Source: an uncultured bacterium
GTDB taxonomy: Bacteria > Actinomycetota > Acidimicrobiia > Spongiisociales > UBA5794
Reading direction: 5' to 3'
NCBI GenBank assembly: GCA_963801165.1
Contig: CAWDDT010000005.1
Coordinates: 192,001 to 256,000 of the forward strand
Length of the DNA stretch: 64,000 bases
Positions 58,582-64,000 of the stretch are shown here, piece after piece. Position 1 is the first letter of the stretch. Every line of letters starts with the position of its first letter. The position numbers and the translations under genes were made by a program. Under the pieces are notes generated by a model that worked only from the letters and a program-made list of their open reading frames with translations, did not search any database and was not told the DNA's origin.

Positions 58582-60264
58582 CTATTCGTCCGTGACGCAG
58601 CCTTCGGAGGCCGATTTGACGGTCTTTATGTAGCGATGGAGGGTGCCCCGCGTGGCCTTGAGCGGCGGCGCGGTCCAGGCGTCACGGCGCCGCGCCAGTT
58701 CCTCGTCATCGACCTCGAGCGTGAGCGTCCGGGCGGTCGCATCGATGGTGATGAGGTCGCCGTCCTCGATCAGTGCGATCGGCCCACCCTCCTGCGCTTC
58801 GGGGGTCACGTGTCCGATGATGAACCCGTGCGACCCACCGGAGAAACGGCCGTCGGTCATGAGGGCGACCTCGCCGCCGAGACCCGCACCGACTATCGCC
58901 GAGGTCGGGGTGAGCATCTCGGGCATTCCCGGACCACCCTTGGGGCCCTCGTAGCGGATCACAACGACGTCACCGGGGCCGATGCCGCCCTGCTGCAGCG
59001 CAGGCATCATGTCCTCTTCGCAGTCGAAAACACGGGCCGTGCCCGCAAAGAGCATCCCTTCCTTGCCGGTGATCTTGGCGACGGCACCGTCGGGGGCGAG
59101 GTTGCCGCGCATTATCTGGAGATGCCCGCTCTCCTTGATCGGAGCTTGCCACGGCTGGACGATCCGCTGCCCGTCCGCCAGACCGGGAAGCTCGGTGAGG
59201 TTCTCGGCAAGGGTCTTGCCGGTCACCGTCATGCAGCTTCCGTCGATGGCGCCGTGCTCCAGAAGCAGCTTCAGCACCGCTGGCGTCCCTCCCACTGCGT
59301 GGAGGTCCTCCATGACGTAGCGGCCGCTCGGCTTGAGATCGGCCAGATACGGAACCCGGTCACTGACAGTCTGGAAGTCGTCGATGGTGAGATCGACTCC
59401 GACGGCGCGCGCCATCGCGATGAGATGCAGGACGGAGTTCGTCGAGCCGCCGGTAACCATGACGATCGCCATGGCGTTCTCGAAGGCTGCCCGGGTCATG
59501 ATGTCGCTCGGCCGGATGTCCTGCTCGAGGAGGTTGCGGATGGCGGCGCCGGCATCGAAGCACTCCTGCAATTTGCCGGGATCGTTGGCCGGCGTCGACG
59601 CCGAATACGGCAGGCTCATGCCGAGGGCCTCGATCGCAGAAGCCATCGTGTTAGCGGTGTACATCCCGCCGCAGGCACCCTCCCCGGGGCAGGCGTTGCG
59701 CACGACGTCGCGCCGCTGCTCGTCGCTGATTCGACCGGCGATCCACTCCCCGTACGCCTGGAATGTCGAGACGATATCGAGCGGGGTCCCGTCGTCGAGG
59801 TGGCCGGCACGGATGGTGCCTCCGTAGATCATGAGCGACGGCACGTTGAGACGCGCCATGGCCATCACCGAGCCCGGCATGTTCTTGTCACACCCGGGAA
59901 GCGAGATGTTGGCGTCATACCACTGGGCTCGCATGACCGTCTCGATCGAGTCGGCAATCAGGTCACGAGACTGGAGCGAATAGCTCATCCCCTCTGTCCC
60001 CATGGCGATGCCGTCCGACACACCAATGGTGTTGAAGCGCATTGCCACCAAACCCGCGGCGAGCACCCCCTCCCTCACCCTGGCGGCGAGGTCGTTGAGG
60101 TGCATGTTGCATGAGTTGCCCTCGTACCACATGGAGGCAATGCCAACCTGGGCCTTGTCCATGTCCTCTTCGGTGAGGCCGGTTGCATAGAGCATCGCCT
60201 GGGAACCTCCCTGGGAGGCTTCCTGGGTGATGCGGCGGCTGACGCGATTCAGATTCTCACTCAT
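58582..60264 (-). CDS. ilvD: Dihydroxy-acid dehydratase
   Basis: [38 protein letters not shown] and TDGRFSGG motifs. Confidence 0.97.
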   Translation of the reverse strand: MSENLNRVSRRITQEASQGGSQAMLYATGLTEEDMDKAQVGIASMWYEGNSCNMHLNDLAARVREGVLAAGLVAMRFNTIGVSDGIAMGTEGMSYSLQSRDLIADSIETVMRAQWYDANISLPGCDKNMPGSVMAMARLNVPSLMIYGGTIRAGHLDDGTPLDIVSTFQAYGEWIAGRISDEQRRDVVRNACPGEGACGGMYTANTMASAIEALGMSLPYSASTPANDPGKLQECFDAGAAIRNLLEQDIRPSDIMTRAAFENAMAIVMVTGGSTNSVLHLIAMARAVGVDLTIDDFQTVSDRVPYLADLKPSGRYVMEDLHAVGGTPAVLKLLLEHGAIDGSCMTVTGKTLAENLTELPGLADGQRIVQPWQAPIKESGHLQIMRGNLAPDGAVAKITGKEGMLFAGTARVFDCEEDMMPALQQGGIGPGDVVVIRYEGPKGGPGMPEMLTPTSAIVGAGLGGEVALMTDGRFSGGSHGFIIGHVTPEAQEGGPIALIEDGDLITIDATARTLTLEVDDEELARRRDAWTAPPLKATRGTLHRYIKTVKSASEGCVTDE

Positions 60265-60382
60265 GCCGGCCATGGTAACCCTCAGGGAGGGGCCAGGCCC
60301 GGGCTATCCGGAATCTCGCATAATCCGCACGGTGGTTACACTTCCGGCTTGCAGCCAAACCCTATCTCGCTGCGAGGCCCAC

Positions 60383-61384
60383 TTGACCACTGAACCCGCT
60401 CCCCTACCCGCGCCCCGGTCGCGGCTGAGCACGCCCAAGAAGATCCTGCTTGCGGTGCTGATCGTCGGTGTCGTCGCCATCTTCTCGGCCATCGCATTCG
60501 TCTATTTCATCGACTCGAAGATCGAGAAGATCCCGAATGAGGTGCTCCCCTCGCTCACCCAGGAGGTGGAGGATCACGGCGTCACCAACATCCTCATCGT
60601 CGGCTCTGATAGCCGCGCCGGGCTCGATGATCTGACCAACTTCGGCGACTTCTCAGGTTCCCGTACCGACGTGATCATGGTTGCCCACCTGGTACCCGGG
60701 GGCGGGGCGCAGCTGCTCAGCCTGCCGCGTGATCTCAAGATGAGCATCCCGGGCGAGGGCACGAACCGGATCAACGCCGCCTATGTGTTCGGCGGGCCCG
60801 ACCTGCTGGTGCAAACCATTCAAAACAACCTCGGGATCCCGATCCACCACTATGTCGAGATCGACTTTGCCGGGTTCGCCAACGTCGTCGATGCTCTCGG
60901 CGGTATCACCAAGACCTTTGACCACCCCGCCCGCGACAGCAAGTCCGGGCTCGACGTCGACGCGGGCACCATCAAAATGGACGGCATGACCGCACTCGCC
61001 TACGCACGGTCTCGTCACTACCAGGAGCTGATCAACGGCTCCTGGCAGAGCGTCGACGGCAGCGATATCGGAAGAACCCACCGCCAGCAAGAGGTCCTGC
61101 TGCTGATGTTCGACCAGGCGACTTCGAAATCGTCGGCCTTCAATCTGCCGCACTTCGCCTCGACCCTGGCCGAGCAGATCAAAGCCGACGAGGGTTTCAC
61201 CGTGCAGGTGATGATCGATATGGGGCGGGCAGGCCTCAGCCTGTCATCGACCGAGATCCAGACAAGAACGCTGCCGGTGAAGAATCAGACCGAGGACGGC
61301 CGGGCCTACGTCGTCCCGATAGAGCCGGATGCCACCAACGTCATCAACGCCTTCCTAACCGGCGCCCCGTTCCCGGAGGAGTAG
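60383..61384 (+). CDS. LytR-CpsA-Psr (LCP) glycopolymer transferase
   Basis: N-terminal TM, NILIVGSDSR, RTDVIM, SLPRD, RINAAY, ARSR and DIGRTHRQQ motifs. Confidence 0.92.
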   Translation: MTTEPAPLPAPRSRLSTPKKILLAVLIVGVVAIFSAIAFVYFIDSKIEKIPNEVLPSLTQEVEDHGVTNILIVGSDSRAGLDDLTNFGDFSGSRTDVIMVAHLVPGGGAQLLSLPRDLKMSIPGEGTNRINAAYVFGGPDLLVQTIQNNLGIPIHHYVEIDFAGFANVVDALGGITKTFDHPARDSKSGLDVDAGTIKMDGMTALAYARSRHYQELINGSWQSVDGSDIGRTHRQQEVLLLMFDQATSKSSAFNLPHFASTLAEQIKADEGFTVQVMIDMGRAGLSLSSTEIQTRTLPVKNQTEDGRAYVVPIEPDATNVINAFLTGAPFPEE

Positions 61385-61673
61385 GTCAGACGGGCCGTCT
61401 CTCCCGAACGTTCCGCGTTGATTGGTCCTGCGTTCACAAGGCCCTCATCGCCTTCGTGCCGGCTTCGCCCTGTTCCCGCAGGAATAGTCAGGCCGGCCGT
61501 CTCTCCCGAACGTTCCGCGTTGATTGGTCCTGCGTTCACAAGGCCCTCATCGCCTTCGTGCCGGCTTCGCCCTGTTCCCGCAGGAATAGTCAGGCCGGCC
61601 GTCTCTCCCGAACGTTCCGCGTTGATTGGTCCTGTGTTCACAAGGCCCTCATCGCCTTCCGTGCCGGCTTCGC
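61385..61673. repeat. 102-bp tandem repeat (~2.8 copies) between convergent LCP genes
   Basis: Near-identical units start at 61385, 61487 and 61589. Confidence 0.95.
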
Positions 61674-61687
61674 CGTCACGTCGGCAC

Positions 61688-61705
61688 TTCTCCCAGAGGG
61701 AGAAG
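61688..61705. repeat. CTTCTCCC-AGA-GGGAGAAG hairpin ending a REP-like element related to 26298..26358
   Basis: Shares the CTCCCAGAGGGAG core and the upstream GTTCRCARGGCCCTCMTCG motif. Confidence 0.6.
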
Positions 61706-61716
61706 GAAGAGATGGG

Positions 61717-63123
61717 CTAGCAGTTGTCGTCCAGGGTTTCGATGCCGAGGAGCTGACGGGCCTCGTCCGGGGTGTGGGTGATCACGGTCTGAACATCCTG
61801 CTTGATCAGCGCCACGTTCGGTATGTTCCCGGTCGCGGTCGAATCGAGGATGTAGTCGGGGGGGATGAAGCGGATCGAGATCATGTTGTCCTGATCGATC
61901 TTGGGGAGGAGATCGATAAGGTCCGGGATACGGCCGAGCGGGATGTCGGTCTCCATCGTGTCCTCCAGGACACCGGCGAGTTGGGGGTAGCCAAGGGCCA
62001 GCTTCACCGGGTCGGCCTCGGCGAGGACTGCGTTGAGTAGACACCGCTGCCGGCCCATGCGGGCGTAGTCGTCGGCGTGACGGCGAGCTCGGACATAGGC
62101 AAGCGCCAAGTGACCGTCGAGATGCTGTTGGCCCGCCTCGATCCGGAGGTTGTCGATGCTGACCCCGTCCTCGTCGGGGTAGGTCTCGTCGACGATCGTG
62201 AACGGGACGTTTATGTCGACTCCACCGAGCGCGTCGACCACACCGATAAACCCATCGAGGGTCACGAGGGCGTAGTAGTGGATCGGAATGCCGAGGAGCT
62301 GTTCGAATCCGGCCTTGACCGCATTGACGCTCGGGCTCTGCGAACCGGGGTAGGCCTCCGGGCTCTCGATACCGGATACGTACAGATCGTTGAGCATGCG
62401 GGGGAAGCAGTCACAGCCCCAGATGCCCATCTCTTTGGGCAGCGGCACCTGGATCATGTTTCTGGGAAGGCTGAACAGGGCGACATCGCCGCTGTCGGGG
62501 TCGATGCTCGCCACGATCATCGTGTCTGTGCGAATTGCGGTTCGGCCGGGCCCTGCATCGCCACCTAGTAGGAGGATGTTGAGCCGATCGAGACCGTTCC
62601 ACAGCACCGGGCCCGGCTCGGCCTCGAACAGCGTCGTCGTGGTCGTCCCACCCGCGACTGCCGGCTCAGCCGTAGCCGCCGTCGTGGTTGTGACCGGCTC
62701 CTCGGACGCAAACGTGGTGGTGATGAAGTCGTAGTGAACAATGTCGTAGTAGCCGGCCACGGCATGAGGACCGGCCAGCAGAACGGCGAGGATCACGCCT
62801 GCGAGCGGTGTGAACCTCCCCCGCCCGTTGAGCGCCGCTTGCCGGTAGGCGTCATCAGCCGCCCAGAGCCGGAACCCGAGCAGCACGATATTGCCCAGCA
62901 TGGCGCCAATGAGCACCCCGGGCCGGAAAGCGGCCTTGACTACCTCGAGTTTGTTGAAGAACGCCAACCCGGCCAGAGCGACAAGTGCCACGTCGACGCT
63001 GAGCAAAACCAGTGCGCGCCGACGCAGCCCCGCATACCACTGCCCGGTTCCGGGGAGGACGGCAGACAGCAGCGCAGCCAATACCGGGCGCTTTCGAGCC
63101 CGCGCCGCACCGGCAGACACCAT
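61717..63123 (-). CDS. LCP family glycopolymer transferase with N-terminal multi-TM region
   Basis: NILLLGGD, RTDTMIV, SLPRN, YVRAR and DYARMGRQR motifs. N-terminal LSAVLPGTGQWY TM module. Confidence 0.9.
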   Translation of the reverse strand: MVSAGAARARKRPVLAALLSAVLPGTGQWYAGLRRRALVLLSVDVALVALAGLAFFNKLEVVKAAFRPGVLIGAMLGNIVLLGFRLWAADDAYRQAALNGRGRFTPLAGVILAVLLAGPHAVAGYYDIVHYDFITTTFASEEPVTTTTAATAEPAVAGGTTTTTLFEAEPGPVLWNGLDRLNILLLGGDAGPGRTAIRTDTMIVASIDPDSGDVALFSLPRNMIQVPLPKEMGIWGCDCFPRMLNDLYVSGIESPEAYPGSQSPSVNAVKAGFEQLLGIPIHYYALVTLDGFIGVVDALGGVDINVPFTIVDETYPDEDGVSIDNLRIEAGQQHLDGHLALAYVRARRHADDYARMGRQRCLLNAVLAEADPVKLALGYPQLAGVLEDTMETDIPLGRIPDLIDLLPKIDQDNMISIRFIPPDYILDSTATGNIPNVALIKQDVQTVITHTPDEARQLLGIETLDDNC

Positions 63124-63243
63124 TTCTCCATGGTCGTAATCGGTTCTATCGCCGATCTCTCCGCCCTTCCCAGCTCGCAACGACGAAGTATCGTATGTGC
63201 CCAGCCGAGGAGCAACCGTAGGCAAGCAACGGCACAGAGGCGC

Positions 63244-64000
63244 ATGCAACGAGAACCCGCCGATCCGCTCCCCGAGGGGGCATCACCAGTAACCCGCACC
63301 CGGTTTGCCAGTCTCACCGAGGACGGAACCGGGCACATCCTTGCCGGCAGCCTGCTCGCCGGCCTAGCGGCGTACGCCTATCAGATCATCGGCGCGCGCA
63401 CGCTCGGCGCCACCGCGTTCGCCCCGGTATCGGTGTTGCTGACGATCCACTTCCTCACCTTCATCGTCTTCCTGCTCCCGGTCGAGCAACTGGTCGTCAG
63501 GCGTCTGACCCTCAATCGAGCCAACTCCGGGCTGCCCAAACAAGCAGTCTGGCTCTCGGCGTTCACCGTCGTTGCTGCGACGACATTCGCGTGGCTCGGT
63601 GTCAACCGGTTCCTCAACGGCGACAAGAGATTCATCGTCTTCACCGCGCTCACCGTCTCGGTCCACGTCGGGTATGCCGCAGCCCGTGGCCACCTGGCGG
63701 GCTGGCGACGCTTCCGCGAGTACGGCTATGCAAGCGGTGGCGCCAACATCCTCCGCTTGGTCGTGTCACTGCTGATTCTGGCGCTTCGACCGTCGGCGTC
63801 CGGGCTCGCCATCGCCCTCATCGTCGGACCGTTCATCACCCTGGTTTGGCATCCCTTCAGAAGGGTCGAGAGCTCTCGCAGCACATTGGCAGCCGAGGAG
63901 GCCGCCGCCGTGGGCGAGCGAGGCTTGCTCAGCGGGCTCGTTCTCTCCTCGGCAGCATCCCAGGCGCTCCTGCTCGCCGGACCGGTGGTTGCCGGCGTAC
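63244..64000 (+). CDS. Polysaccharide/oligosaccharide flippase-like membrane protein (MOP superfamily), runs off the window
   Basis: Manual translation ...GHILAGSLLAGLAAYAYQIIGARTLGATAFAPVSVLL...LPVEQLVVR...ARGHLAG, multi-TM. Confidence 0.7.
   Translation, partial: MQREPADPLPEGASPVTRTRFASLTEDGTGHILAGSLLAGLAAYAYQIIGARTLGATAFAPVSVLLTIHFLTFIVFLLPVEQLVVRRLTLNRANSGLPKQAVWLSAFTVVAATTFAWLGVNRFLNGDKRFIVFTALTVSVHVGYAAARGHLAGWRRFREYGYASGGANILRLVVSLLILALRPSASGLAIALIVGPFITLVWHPFRRVESSRSTLAAEEAAAVGERGLLSGLVLSSAASQALLLAGPVVAGV

Noticed and set aside
61385-61673. 102-bp repeat as a CRISPR array or as a 34-aa repeat protein
   Set aside because: The units are identical end to end with no unique spacers and no cas genes. 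The ORFs crossing it on both strands overlap the LCP genes and lack RBS or domain features.

Overview
This is a GC-rich, gene-dense chromosomal window with about 62 CDSs. I recognised no tRNA, rRNA, CRISPR array, integrase or transposase. Gene content points to an actinobacterium, most likely Acidimicrobiia (inference from lgt+lnt, LppM, a PPOX-class F420 enzyme, AztB, LCP proteins and Cys-paired SLH-like repeats). Housekeeping genes include purA-purD-purB, ilvD, lgt, lnt, mobA, a polar amino-acid ABC importer, an ABC-2 exporter with TetR, and a Zur-boxed zinc uptake locus. Five features stand out. (1) A ygfM/xdhD-like molybdo-flavoenzyme whose [2Fe-2S] domain has lost all eight Cys ligands, in an operon with xdhC and a yqeB-type selenium-cofactor gene. 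(2) A protein fusing an E3-binding (PSBD) domain to an apparently catalytically dead PD-(D/E)XK nuclease-like domain. It converges on a ~500-bp non-coding gap full of hairpins with + strand G-U pairs and end-to-end pairing, a candidate ncRNA or REP cluster. (3) A cell-envelope neighbourhood with SLH-like anchored enzymes, a WbpB/E/D/I-type diacetamido-uronic-acid pathway, GT-C and GT2 transferases, two LCP ligases and a flippase, suggesting an SLH/secondary-wall-polymer anchoring system. (4) Two families of dispersed palindromic REP-like repeats and a 102-bp tandem repeat. (5) Two tiny Cys-rich ORFs and a stub consisting only of a Tat signal. All calls come from motif recognition by eye; no searches were run.
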